DNA of 64,000 bases from Blastocatellia bacterium (GTDB lineage: Bacteria; Acidobacteriota; Blastocatellia; Pyrinomonadales; Pyrinomonadaceae): contig CAWIDZ010000004.1 of NCBI GenBank assembly GCA_963834975.1, positions 127,154 through 191,153 of the forward strand, written 5' to 3'. This document shows, one piece after another, positions 16,042 to 26,421 of this stretch; position 1 is the stretch's first letter; each line of letters starts with the position of its first letter. The notes beneath the pieces are model-generated. The model did no database searches and had not been told where the DNA came from. It saw nothing but the letters and a program-made list of their open reading frames with translations. A program made the position numbers and the translations under genes.

Positions 16042-18846
16042 TCACTTTCCGATCAATATGAACGGCGACCAATAATAGGGATGGCCGCCGCGGGTGATAA
16101 AACCGATCTGTGCTGCTCTTAAAGATGCCGAAATTGAACCGCCGCGTTGCAGGTTTTGGTACAGATCGCTCATCAGCCGGCCTGAGGCTTCGTCGTTAAC
16201 AGACCACAAACTCACTATCAGAGCACCTGCACCCGCGGTCAGGAACCCGCGGGCGAGGCCGAGTATCTCGTCACCAGCAAACACTTCACTCAGCCCCGTT
16301 TCACAGGCGCTCAGGGTGACGAGGCTAGCCTTGAGCTTTTGCGAACAAACATCACGCACCGTGATCCAGCCGTCTGAAAGATGCAGGCTCGAGAACATAG
16401 GGCTCTCAGGCCGAAAATGCCCGTGGCATGCAAGATGTATAATGTCGTACCTCGATGCGCTTGCCGTAAAAGCCGCAAAGCTGGCTTCGCCGCCGACAAG
16501 CGCCCGTGCCCGCGGCAGCGTGTTTTGGATCTGCCTGATCTCATCCTCAACAAACGGTATTCGCTCGTCCGCGTAACCCATCAGAAGTGAGCTTTTGGCC
16601 GTTTCATCGGTTCTTTCGTTCAGGACCGACCAGACCGCGGCACTCGGCGCAAATGTCGTTTCAAAACTTTCGACAACATATTTGTGATGGCTGCGCAGAG
16701 CGTGAAAGGGAACGTAATTCAAAATTCCCGCCGGCACAATAACGAGCCGGTCGCCTTTGATCAGGCTGTCAATAGGTTTGAGGAGTTGTCCGTACAGACG
16801 CTCAAGACAGGCGTCGGTGCGTGATCTCATATCGGCCATGAATCGCTCAGGGATGCTGGTGCCGTATCTGAGGGCACCGAACTGAAAGTGAAGTTCCTCG
16901 AGTGAGTGCCGCACATCGTCGGTTCGGGCGAGATCGGCGACGAAACTGACCTTTGACCCGTTTATTACAAATGCTGAGAATAGCCCGTCAAACTCGACAA
17001 ACTCGATCAAAGTCGATGACTTGCCGAGCTGCTTTGACAATCGGCTTACACTAAAATCGACCTGGCTCTTTTCTTCCGAGCCTGATCTCGCCGGCCGCAG
17101 GCTTTCAACCTGTCTGATGGTCGATGTCAGGTTTGATTCGGCCGTCTTTATGTCCGACCTGAGTTTTTCCGCATCCGCGTCTGTTGAGATATCGAGCCGT
17201 CGGTAATACTGGTTCAACTCCGTCCTGTACTCGTCCGCCTGCGCCTGCAGCTTTCGTGTTGATGCGGCATCGGCGGAGCTGGATGACATCGAATCGAGCA
17301 GAGCCCTCGAGCGGCCGCTTTCTAATGCTTCAAAAGCCGCAGCGTACTTTTTCCGGCTCAGATACAGCCGGGCGAGGTTATGGAACGGCTCAAGCCGCGA
17401 CGCAAAGAATGCCATGCTGAACTCTTCGGCGCCGAGCGGGGACCGCATAGCCTCGACCTGCTTGATCGCCGAGGTGAACAGGCGTTTTGCCTTGCCATAT
17501 TCGCCGCGTTCGGCGGCCAGTTTGCCGCCCGCATTGTAGGCTTGCCGGACGGCGTCGGGATGCTGCAGCGACCGGCCCAGTTTGGCAGCGTCGCTGAATA
17601 TTTTGTCGGCCTTGTCGGGGTGGTCCGACTGAACAAAGTACTCGCCCCTCAGCAGTTCCAGGCTCACCCGATGACGCGGATTACCGCTATCCTTAACAGC
17701 CGCCGCGGCGTCACGGATGATCGATCCGGCGGCATCGGGGTCGCCACGTTCGATCTCGTTCCTCGCCCGCTCAAGCAGCACAGACACTTCGCCGGTAAGG
17801 TTCTGTTCCCGTTCGAACAACTGCTGGGCCCTTTTCAATTGCCGGCCCGCAACGGTTCGCTTTCCAATAGCAGCGGCCGTCTTACCATAATTAAGTCTGG
17901 CCCTCGCCTCCTCGGCAGTTAATTTCAGTTGGCGAAAAATTGGTGTGACACGTTCATATATCCCAAACGCATCTTCAGCCAGGTTTAGCTCAGAATAGAT
18001 GTCAGCGATCTCGAGGTCGGCTATTGCTGACTGATGCGGCATCCTGAGCTCGTCGTACATCTGCCTCGACGATTCGAGGTGACGCAGCGCATCGGCGTAA
18101 CGCCCGCGGAGCAGGTCGAGGTTGCCGAGGCTAGCCTCGATCTCAGCCTCGGTTACGCGCATTTTTCCGGAGCGCGCTCCCATTAATGCCATCACATAAT
18201 ACCGGTCGGCTTTTGAGAAATCGTTCAGTTCAGCATAGGTGTTGGCAAGGCCGTTTTCAGCCATGACCTGCCACGTCCGCTCGCCGGACATCCGGAATCG
18301 GCGAAGAGCCGTCAAGCCATATTTCTCGGCCTCACGATGCAGCGCCCGGCGCGAGACAATATTGCTGAGATTCATCTCGATCTTTCCGGCAGCGACCTGG
18401 TCCCCGCTGCGTACAAAGACCTTTAGGGCTTTGCGGCCTGCACCGACCGCCTCGTCATAGCGGCCGAGCATCGCCAGGGCAATGAGTTTTGCGACCTGAG
18501 TCTGTGCCGAATCGAGAGGGCTGTCAATCGTGTCATAGATCTCCGTCGCGTCGTCGAGTGAGGCGACGGCGGCCTCAAATTTTCCTTTGGTTATTAGGGC
18601 GATGCCTTTGACCCAGCTTGCCGCCGCGCGGATCCGCTCGTCTGTGCCGGCCCTCGCAAGCCAACGCATCGCCAGGTCCGCCCGCTGCGCCCTCACAGGC
18701 TCGACGGCCCACGCCGCGTAACAGGCCTTGCGGATAGCATCGGCCAAACGTGCGTCCGCGAGGCGCGGATATTGGGCGAGCAGAGACCGTCGCTCGGCAT
18801 CACTGCGGGCATCGATCAAGTTTTTGGCGAGATCAGCTCTGCGCAT
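16042..18846 (-). CDS. TPR-repeat CHAT-domain protein (caspase-like protease fold)
   Basis: 934 aa. The N-terminal two thirds are TPR-like helical repeats. The C-terminal CHAT domain has DIIHLACHGHF (His) and LVTLSACETG (Cys). Confidence 0.85.
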   Translation of the reverse strand: MRRADLAKNLIDARSDAERRSLLAQYPRLADARLADAIRKACYAAWAVEPVRAQRADLAMRWLARAGTDERIRAAASWVKGIALITKGKFEAAVASLDDATEIYDTIDSPLDSAQTQVAKLIALAMLGRYDEAVGAGRKALKVFVRSGDQVAAGKIEMNLSNIVSRRALHREAEKYGLTALRRFRMSGERTWQVMAENGLANTYAELNDFSKADRYYVMALMGARSGKMRVTEAEIEASLGNLDLLRGRYADALRHLESSRQMYDELRMPHQSAIADLEIADIYSELNLAEDAFGIYERVTPIFRQLKLTAEEARARLNYGKTAAAIGKRTVAGRQLKRAQQLFEREQNLTGEVSVLLERARNEIERGDPDAAGSIIRDAAAAVKDSGNPRHRVSLELLRGEYFVQSDHPDKADKIFSDAAKLGRSLQHPDAVRQAYNAGGKLAAERGEYGKAKRLFTSAIKQVEAMRSPLGAEEFSMAFFASRLEPFHNLARLYLSRKKYAAAFEALESGRSRALLDSMSSSSADAASTRKLQAQADEYRTELNQYYRRLDISTDADAEKLRSDIKTAESNLTSTIRQVESLRPARSGSEEKSQVDFSVSRLSKQLGKSSTLIEFVEFDGLFSAFVINGSKVSFVADLARTDDVRHSLEELHFQFGALRYGTSIPERFMADMRSRTDACLERLYGQLLKPIDSLIKGDRLVIVPAGILNYVPFHALRSHHKYVVESFETTFAPSAAVWSVLNERTDETAKSSLLMGYADERIPFVEDEIRQIQNTLPRARALVGGEASFAAFTASASRYDIIHLACHGHFRPESPMFSSLHLSDGWITVRDVCSQKLKASLVTLSACETGLSEVFAGDEILGLARGFLTAGAGALIVSLWSVNDEASGRLMSDLYQNLQRGGSISASLRAAQIGFITRGGHPYYWSPFILIGK

Positions 18847-18925
18847 AAACTGTCATTATACAATGAGGAAAAGGCGAAGGTTCCTAGGTCCTTCGCCTTT
18901 TGAGGAATGGGGTATGGCAGGAAAG

Positions 18926-19417
18926 TTATTCGAGAATGAGTTTTTCGATAAAGATCTCGAGGCCGTTACCGCGGACGGTAAGACCATATTGGCCCGCCGA
19001 AACGCCTTTTAGGTTGAATCCGCTGGCATCGGCTATTTTGGTTTTGAACGTTATTTCATCGTTAGAGATCTCGACCTCGCCGCTCTTAAATCCGTCACCG
19101 AGGATCTGGCCGCGTATGTCGAAACCTTTTTTCCCTGGTGCGATCCTCAGATCGACCGCATTGTCACCGGCGTCAAAAAGCATCTGCCGGGCCCCGGCAC
19201 CTGATGCAGACCGTTCGCCAAACGCAGCCCGATTCGGAGCCAGGTCCATCTGCAACGCCGCTAAAACGCGGGTCACGACAGACGCCTTAGGTTCGGCAAC
19301 TCTAGAACGAAACAGATCCCTCGCGTATTTCAGCGAGTTTGCCGGTGCGTCAGCCGATCGGTCTGAAAGCATCCGCCCAATGATGTGTTGTAATTTTTGT
19401 TCTTCTGAATTATTCAT
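18926..19417 (-). CDS. Hypothetical cytosolic protein encoded between the ECF sigma and CHAT genes
   Basis: ORF with ATG at 19417 (MNNSEEQ...) or GTG at 19441. It has no transmembrane segment and no zinc anti-sigma motif. The C-terminal part is beta-rich. Confidence 0.6.
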   Translation of the reverse strand: MNNSEEQKLQHIIGRMLSDRSADAPANSLKYARDLFRSRVAEPKASVVTRVLAALQMDLAPNRAAFGERSASGAGARQMLFDAGDNAVDLRIAPGKKGFDIRGQILGDGFKSGEVEISNDEITFKTKIADASGFNLKGVSAGQYGLTVRGNGLEIFIEKLILE

Positions 19418-19481
19418 GACTTGCCGAGTTCCTTGCTCCACTTGAACAGTGCGGCCGCGATCTCCAAAAAGACACTCCTCA

Positions 19482-20087
19482 TCATTTTGTCAGCACTTTT
19501 CCCAGTTTTTTCAAACAGCGTGAACGCAGCGGGCTGATACTGGTTTCACCGACTCCTATTGCCGCACCGACCTCGGCGTAGCTTGCGGCCGGGTCGCACA
19601 GATATATCATCGACAATATTTTTTGGCACCTTTCTTCGAGCTCTGCGAGCGCGTTGCGGATCAGGTGCTGTTCTTCGAGTTCGATCAGGGCGTCGTCCGC
19701 GAGCAGTGTCTTATCGGGAATGGCGGCCATTTCCGCTTCCATTTCCTCAGGCGTGTTTGGTGAATGGAACCCTTTTGAGCCGCGAATTATCCCCCACGTT
19801 TTAAATTTCGCGGTCGTGACCATCCATGAACGGATCTTTTCGGGCTGCTGGATCTCATCGATCTTTTCGACCAGGGTGAGGAACACCTCCTGAAAAACAT
19901 CGGCCGCCTGCTCATCAGACAGACCAGCCCGGCGGGGTATCGTGATGATCAGGCGCTGATAACGGTCGACCAATGCGTCCCACGCGCTCTGGTCGCCTCG
20001 CCGGCACCTTTTAACAAGGTCGGCGTCGATCCTGGATATTTTTAGCGATTCGAGGCTGGCATTACCCTTTACCTCAGCCGTGTCCAT
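19482..20087 (-). CDS. ECF-type RNA polymerase sigma-70 family factor
   Basis: Region 2 reads WDALVDRYQRLIITIPRRAGLSDEQAADVFQEVFLTLV. Region 4 HTH reads SYAEVGAAIGVGETSISPLRSRCLKKL. The ATG is at 20087, with an upstream TTG at 20150 possible. Confidence 0.85.
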   Translation of the reverse strand: MDTAEVKGNASLESLKISRIDADLVKRCRRGDQSAWDALVDRYQRLIITIPRRAGLSDEQAADVFQEVFLTLVEKIDEIQQPEKIRSWMVTTAKFKTWGIIRGSKGFHSPNTPEEMEAEMAAIPDKTLLADDALIELEEQHLIRNALAELEERCQKILSMIYLCDPAASYAEVGAAIGVGETSISPLRSRCLKKLGKVLTK

Positions 20088-20251
20088 ATAGTTTAGATTC
20101 TTAATTAGGAGTTCATATTTAGCAAGAACCCGACCCAGCGTATGCCGCAAACGCTAACGCAACCTTTGGCGGGTATGATAACATTTCGTTTTCGGATATA
20201 TCACGGAATTGAATGCCCGCGGTTAATGCGAAACGCGGAATTTACGCATGT

Positions 20252-21553
20252 ATGGATAAATTTTTGGTACGCGGCGGCAACCCGCTGAGGGGAAAAATAG
20301 AGATCGGCGGAGCTAAAAACTCGGCCCTGCCCTGCCTTGCCGCCACCCTGCTAACAGAAGAGACCGTCATACTTCACAACGTACCGTATGTGAAAGACCT
20401 GATCACGCAGCGGCGTCTGCTCGAGGACCTCGGGGCAACGGTTTTGACGCCTGAACTGCGAACGCACAAGGTAAACGCCCGAGGCGTGCAGATCTTTGAG
20501 GCGCCATACGAACTTGTTAAGACCATGCGGGCGAGCGTTCTGGCTCTCGGCCCGTTGCTCGCGAGATTTGGCCAGGCCAAGGTGAGTCTTCCGGGCGGTT
20601 GTGCTATCGGTACGCGGCCGATCGATCTGCACCTTAAAGCGTTTGAGCAGCTCGGCGCTGTAGTGTCGCTCGAATCAGGCGATGTCGTCGCCCGGGCGCC
20701 CAAGGGGCGTCTTGTCGGAAATGAGATCGCGTTTGAAAAGGTCACGGTAACCGGAACAGAGAACGTGATGATGGCCGCCGCACTCGCCTCGGGTAAGACA
20801 ACAATAAAGAACGCCGCTCAGGAACCTGAGATCGAGGACCTTGCCGAGCTGTTAAATAAGATGGGTGCGAGGATCAAGGGTGCCGGAACGCCCGTTATAG
20901 AGATCGAGGGAGTCGAAGCTCTCGGCGGAGCCGAACACACGATCATCCCCGACCGCATCGAGACCGGGACCTTTATCGTTGCCGCTGCGATAACCCACGG
21001 CGAGATCGAGATCAAGAGCTGCCGCCCCGAACACATCACCTCGGTAATTGAACATCTGCGTCAGGCGGGAGTTGAGATCGAGGAGCTAAATCAGAGCAGC
21101 CTTCTCGTGCGCTGCGGCCCCGGCGGCCTCAAGGCAAAAGATGTCACGACGGAACCGCATCCTGATTTTCCGACCGATATGCAGGCCCAGTATATGGCCC
21201 TGATGACGCAGGCCGAGGGCACATCAACGATTACGGAAACCATTTTTGAGAACCGGTTCATGCACGCATCTGAGCTGATACGTATGGGCGCCGATATCCA
21301 TATCTCAGGAAATACCGCCGTCGTTAACGGCCACAAACAACTGATGGGTGCCCCCATCATCGCATCAGACCTGCGGGCCTCAGCGTCGCTCGTCCTCGCC
21401 GCCCTTTGTGCCGAGGGTGAGACCATGATCGACCGCGTTTATCACATCGACCGCGGTTACGAGACCATCGTCCGCAAATTCCGCTCGCTCGGTGCCGATA
21501 TCGAACGCATCAGCGAAAACATTGCATCAGCGGCGAGTGAGCAACCCGCGTAA
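20252..21553 (+). CDS. murA: UDP-N-acetylglucosamine 1-carboxyvinyltransferase
   Basis: MDKFLVRGGNPLRGKIEIGGAKNSALP... followed by LPGGCAIGTRPIDLH (active-site Cys loop). Typical MurA length. Confidence 0.95.
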   Translation: MDKFLVRGGNPLRGKIEIGGAKNSALPCLAATLLTEETVILHNVPYVKDLITQRRLLEDLGATVLTPELRTHKVNARGVQIFEAPYELVKTMRASVLALGPLLARFGQAKVSLPGGCAIGTRPIDLHLKAFEQLGAVVSLESGDVVARAPKGRLVGNEIAFEKVTVTGTENVMMAAALASGKTTIKNAAQEPEIEDLAELLNKMGARIKGAGTPVIEIEGVEALGGAEHTIIPDRIETGTFIVAAAITHGEIEIKSCRPEHITSVIEHLRQAGVEIEELNQSSLLVRCGPGGLKAKDVTTEPHPDFPTDMQAQYMALMTQAEGTSTITETIFENRFMHASELIRMGADIHISGNTAVVNGHKQLMGAPIIASDLRASASLVLAALCAEGETMIDRVYHIDRGYETIVRKFRSLGADIERISENIASAASEQPA

Positions 21554-21613
21554 GCCGTCGAACTACTAATTAACAATTCCGGAACGTCTGTGATTTAATG
21601 GATTCATTCGCTT

Positions 21614-21964
21614 ATGGGTGTCGAAGACTGTATTTTCTGTAAGATCGCCGCTGGTGAGATACCTTCGAAAAAGGTTTATGAGGACGACGTCTGCATGGCG
21701 TTTCACGACCTGTCGCCGCAGGCTCCGACTCACATCCTGATAATTCCCCGCACGCATATCGATTCGCTGGATAAGGCCGATGAAGATCAAAAAGAAATGC
21801 TTGGGCACCTGCTGATGACCGCAGCCGATATCGCCCGCGGGCGTGGATTCTCTGACGAGGGTTATCGTGTCGTGATAAACACCAATGCCGATGGCGGCCA
21901 GACGGTCTTTCACCTGCACGTACATTTGCTCGCGGGCCGCACGTTCGTATTTCCGCCAGGATAG
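21614..21964 (+). CDS. HIT (histidine triad) family protein
   Basis: CIFCKI near the N-terminus and the histidine triad HLHVHLL. Confidence 0.9.
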   Translation: MGVEDCIFCKIAAGEIPSKKVYEDDVCMAFHDLSPQAPTHILIIPRTHIDSLDKADEDQKEMLGHLLMTAADIARGRGFSDEGYRVVINTNADGGQTVFHLHVHLLAGRTFVFPPG

Positions 21965-21990
21965 GCCTAACTCGGACATCTCAAAGTTTT

Positions 21991-22863
21991 ATGAAAAAGA
22001 TCTTGTTAGTTATTGGACTCGCCGTACTAGCGGCCCCCGGCGCCGGTTGTTCCTGGTTTGCAGGTAATACGAACACAGAGGCAAACACCAACACAGTTGC
22101 CGAATCGCCTTTTGCCAACATCACCGACGCAAATGCGGCTCTCGCAGAAGGCAAGCGGCTGCTCGACGAAAATGATACCGAGATGGCGATCGAGGCCCTG
22201 AAACAGGCTGTAAAACTTGATCCCGATCTCGCAGAGGGGTACTTTCAACTTGGAATAGCATATTCGCTGGTCGAAATGCAGCTGGCAAGGTCGGGCACCG
22301 TCACAGATACCCCTGCAAATACCGAAACCGGCAAGACCAAAACAAAGTCTGAAAAGGCATTTGAAAAGGCGGTCGAGGCGTATAAAAAATGGATCGAGGC
22401 AAATCCTGAGGACGACGTCGCTCAGTTCAATCTTGGCCGCACCTATTCCAAGCTGATGAAAGACGAAGAGGCCGAAAAGGCCTTTCGGCAAGCGGTCAAG
22501 CTAAAACCCGATGACACCGAATATCAGACCGAACTCGGTGCCATCCTGATAAAACTTGCCAAATACCGCGAAGCAATCGATCCCCTGAAAAAGGCCGTCG
22601 AACTGGATGGCGAGAACGCGCGGGCACAGGACCTGCTCGAGGACGCCGAGGCCGGCCGCCAACGCCTCGATTACGTCGCACCAAAGAACACCAACTCCTC
22701 GAATGCGAACACAACCTCAAATTCAAACGCCAATTCCAACTCAAATACCAGTTCGAATTCCAGATCAAACTCAAGCGTCGCCCCTAAACCAACCGAGAGC
22801 AACACAAAAACAAAAAAAGAGGAGCCCAAAAAGCCCCCTCCACCAGCAAACAAACCTCATTGA
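21991..22863 (+). CDS. TPR-repeat lipoprotein with a low-complexity N/S/T/P-rich tail
   Basis: Lipobox-like LAAPGAGC. TPR motifs are AIEALKQAVKLDPDLAEGYFQLGIAY and AEKAFRQAVKLKPDD. Confidence 0.75.
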   Translation: MKKILLVIGLAVLAAPGAGCSWFAGNTNTEANTNTVAESPFANITDANAALAEGKRLLDENDTEMAIEALKQAVKLDPDLAEGYFQLGIAYSLVEMQLARSGTVTDTPANTETGKTKTKSEKAFEKAVEAYKKWIEANPEDDVAQFNLGRTYSKLMKDEEAEKAFRQAVKLKPDDTEYQTELGAILIKLAKYREAIDPLKKAVELDGENARAQDLLEDAEAGRQRLDYVAPKNTNSSNANTTSNSNANSNSNTSSNSRSNSSVAPKPTESNTKTKKEEPKKPPPPANKPH

Positions 22864-22970
22864 TCACATCAGGATTACCTGCGATGGTTGCCGACCCACC
22901 GCAGCCCTGGCTCGATTATTACGCCGGAACCTGGTGCCTGAACATTACCGCAAGTCAAGTCATTCAGCCG

Positions 22971-25900
22971 CTAATACCTGAACGCCGTCTGCGTCGGCCT
23001 GTCACCGTCAGCACCGAATTGATACGCGAAGAACGAACCGTCCGAGCTGTTCTGTCGGTACCATGTGCCATCCGACGGCCGAAATACCGAAACGTCTGCC
23101 TTGCCGTCGCCGTCAAAATCGCCCGGTGCCGGGATGTCGTCCGAGAGGCCGAATATGTTGTAGACGACCTCGCCGTTCGAACTGTTAATTATGTACCAAA
23201 TACCTGTCGACGGGACGATAGACTGCGAGGTCGGTTTTGCCGTCCCCGTCGTAATCAGCCGGGACAATAACATCAGTGCCAAACCCGAAACCTCTCGCCG
23301 GAAACAGCGATCCGTCAGAGCTGTTGAACTGGTACCAGTCCCCGATCGAAGGCCGGAAGATCGCAATGTCAGCCTTGCCGTCACCGTCGAAGTCGCCAAT
23401 TGTCGGCTTATCCTCGCTCGCTCCAAACTGCATGCGCAAAGAATGACCCATCGCTACTGTTCTGCCGGTACCACGTACCGGTCGACGGCCTGAACACCGA
23501 AATATCCGCTTTACCATCGCCATCATAATCCGCCGGCGTCGGCAGGTCCTCTGCCAAGCCAAAAACATAGTAAGCGACCGTGCCGTCACTGCTTTGGAAG
23601 ACATACCAGATACCGGTTTCCAAACGGTAAACAGCGATGTCCGTCTTGCCGTCGCCATCATAATCAGCCGGTGCGATCTTGTCAGTGCCAAAACCAAACA
23701 ACGTTCCATATAGTCCCGCCGTCGACCGTTGTAGATACCACGCTCCGTCCACCGGCCTGAATATCGAGATGTCCGACTTGCTGTCGCCATCGTAGTCAAA
23801 CACCGTCTGGCCGGATGGAGTTGGCATACCGGTCGGTGTCGCTGTCGGCGTACTGGTCGCGGTAGCCGTCGGTGTATTTCTAGGCGTATTCGTCGGTGTA
23901 GAGGTTGGTGTAGAAGTCGGTGTCGAGGTTGGAGTATTCGTCGGGGTCGCGGTAGGCGTCGACGTTCTAGAGCTGCTGGCTCTGCAAGGGTCCAGTCCCC
24001 ATTAAATCGGCTAATTCCGGTTACGTGAAATGTGTTTGCTATTGGGTCGACGATGCCTCCAGGCTGCGTAAAGCCGGCTCGATACATTTGAATGACAAAG
24101 GTCGATTCGTTCGCCGTGACTGGGATGTCGATCGGGTCGAGATAATGAAACATAAGGTCTGCCGACAAATTGTCCGATTGGTATAGTTCCCAATAGCGTG
24201 AGAGAGCCTTTGACGGATCAAATATATTTGGCTGTGTTGCCTGAACTGCTCTTGCAAAAAAACCTCCGGAAATGCTCCTGAAGTAACATCTACGACTATT
24301 GGCGAATAGCCATTTTCTGTCCCCACATCGAAAACGTACGGCCCCTCGGCCTCAAAATAGCGAAGCAAAAATCCATTTATATAGCCATTCGTCCTGGTAA
24401 CGGTTCCGCCAACCGTAAACCACCAAGTGGGGTCCGTTACTGTAACAATACCGTTCATGAGTTCAAGATTACCTGCTACAAATGGGCGACCATTCAGCAA
24501 GATGACCCCCATCGGATTGTCAATGACAACCGTAGATGCTCCGCCGGCCCCCTGAACGCCGCTGCCACTGATCGTTTGCGTAATGGGACCGTCCAGGCGA
24601 ATGGTTCCAGAGAGAAAACTCAAATGGGTGCCCGATAATATATCAATATTCCCCCTTATACTGCCTGACAAGTACAGATCCAGCTTCCCCGCGATCAGTG
24701 TAAGATCATCGATAAAAAAGGAGTTGGAGCCAAAAGACTTGAAATATTCCATTAGTATATTTCACCTCAAAATTTGAATAGGTACGGCCCGAGAGGGATA
24801 GTGTCACATTTCCTCGGAGACTAAAAAGGCTGCCGTGCTCGAACAGAACAACCGACCCGGGTTCTGCCGCTCCGAAAGGGTTATCCACAGCGAACGTAAA
24901 ACCGTCGTTATACCCCATCCGACCATAGTTATTGATTATCGAAGGCAAAGGTCCCTGGGGTAAAAAATAATCGAGTTAGATATCCGTTGATATAGCCATT
25001 TGTCCTGGTCACGGTTCCACCAACACTCATATGGGCCAAATTTTCGGTGGCAACCGCACCGTTTATGAGGTCGAGATCCCATGCCGGAAATGATCGGCTT
25101 AGTATAACGCCATTGGGGTTATTTATGACCAACTTAGACCCACCCCCTGCCCCAGGTGTCCCGACCCCCTCAACGGTTTGTGGTGTAGTCCGTTAAGAAG
25201 CATGGTTCCTGAAAGAAGGTTCAAACGAGTTCCCGATTTGATCGTAATATTGCCCCTTATCGAAAGACCGGGCTCACCGGAAAGATAAAGATCTAGATTT
25301 CCAGCATTTATCGTAAGATCGTCCATGAACATTGGACCGGAAGCAAAAATTCTATATAGCCCGTCGAATAATTCATTTCAAAATTTGCATAAGTCCGACC
25401 CGAAAATGATGGAACCACTTCTCCCTGAAGACTGAATAGGCTACCTGATTTGAAAGTAACCACCGAATCCGGCTCCACAGCACCAAACGGATCACCGCCA
25501 GAAACGCAGATATAGGTCGAACCCCCGGCAAAAATAACAGAATTTAGATTGGTCGTTCCAAACGGGTTTCCGATGAAGCCAGCTCCAGCGGTAAACACGG
25601 CCCCTTCGTTAAATGTGACCGCACCCGGCGTCAACGGCCGTGAGCCGATGAGCAGCCGCACCTAACGACGAAAAAGTCATTGATCCGCTTATGCCGGCGG
25701 TTGAACCCGCTCGCAAGGTTGACAACAAATTCGCTAGAGCCGCCGAAATTAAGTGCCGAGTTTCGATCGACAACCAGATCGTCGCCGTCGCCGCCCGCTA
25801 TAGTCAGAACAATTGCGGCCGCCGATTGCAGATTTACCGTCGAATTTCCTGAGACGATCAATTGACCGATCGTTTGGGTCGGAACATTGGTAACCGTAAT

Positions 25901-26281
25901 CGTTCCGCCAGGATTAAACACAAGAACATCATCAGAAGCCGGCATCGTACGCACCGGCGACCAATTTGAGGGCAATTGCCAGTCGCCGTCAACTCCTTGC
26001 CAGTTGTAGACCGTAGGTGAAGCCGGGGACTCAGCCAACGTGAAGATCCTCATTTTCGGCTGAGCGGAAACAGCGGGGGCAATCGCTCTCCACTCCTGCA
26101 CCACATTCCGTGCCAAATTGTCGCCACCAAGGGGCAGATCAAATTTCGCGGAGGCAGCCGGGATCGCGATCGACTCGATAATTACGAAAGCAAGCGCTAA
26201 AAATAACTTTTGACTGATGATGATCTTGAGAAGATGTGGGACGGACGGCATCATGATCCTACGACAGTTTGATATACACAA
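22971..26281 (-). pseudogene. Decayed adhesin-like exoprotein (signal peptide, beta-helix-like repeats, P/T linker, FG-GAP/VCBS repeats) broken into at least 9 ORF fragments
   Basis: The ORF pieces 25631-26281, 25308-25661, 25123-25332, 24929-25132, 24706-24948, 24039-24752, 23408-23827, 23185-24168 and 22971-23426 read on from one another in different frames. The P/T linker (23830-24000) contains in-frame stops. The C-terminal FG-GAP part is a close paralogue of 26422-28314. Confidence 0.8.
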
Positions 26282-26421
26282 ATTCGTTGAACGTCAGGGC
26301 AAAGTTCCCAGGTGCAAAATAGTGACCTAAATTACCCGGGTGAAAATACTATAGAGTCTGTTCGACGCCAATTGCAATGAAAATTTCGACATGCTGCGGG
26401 CGACCGTCAAGAAGGCTAGGT

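Noticed and set aside
17380-17922. 180-aa ORF antisense to the TPR-CHAT gene
   Set aside because: It is a shadow ORF inside an uninterrupted 934-aa gene.
21566-21979. 137-aa ORF antisense to the HIT gene
   Set aside because: The plus-strand frame has the CIFCKI and HxHxHxx triad motifs, so the antisense ORF is a shadow.
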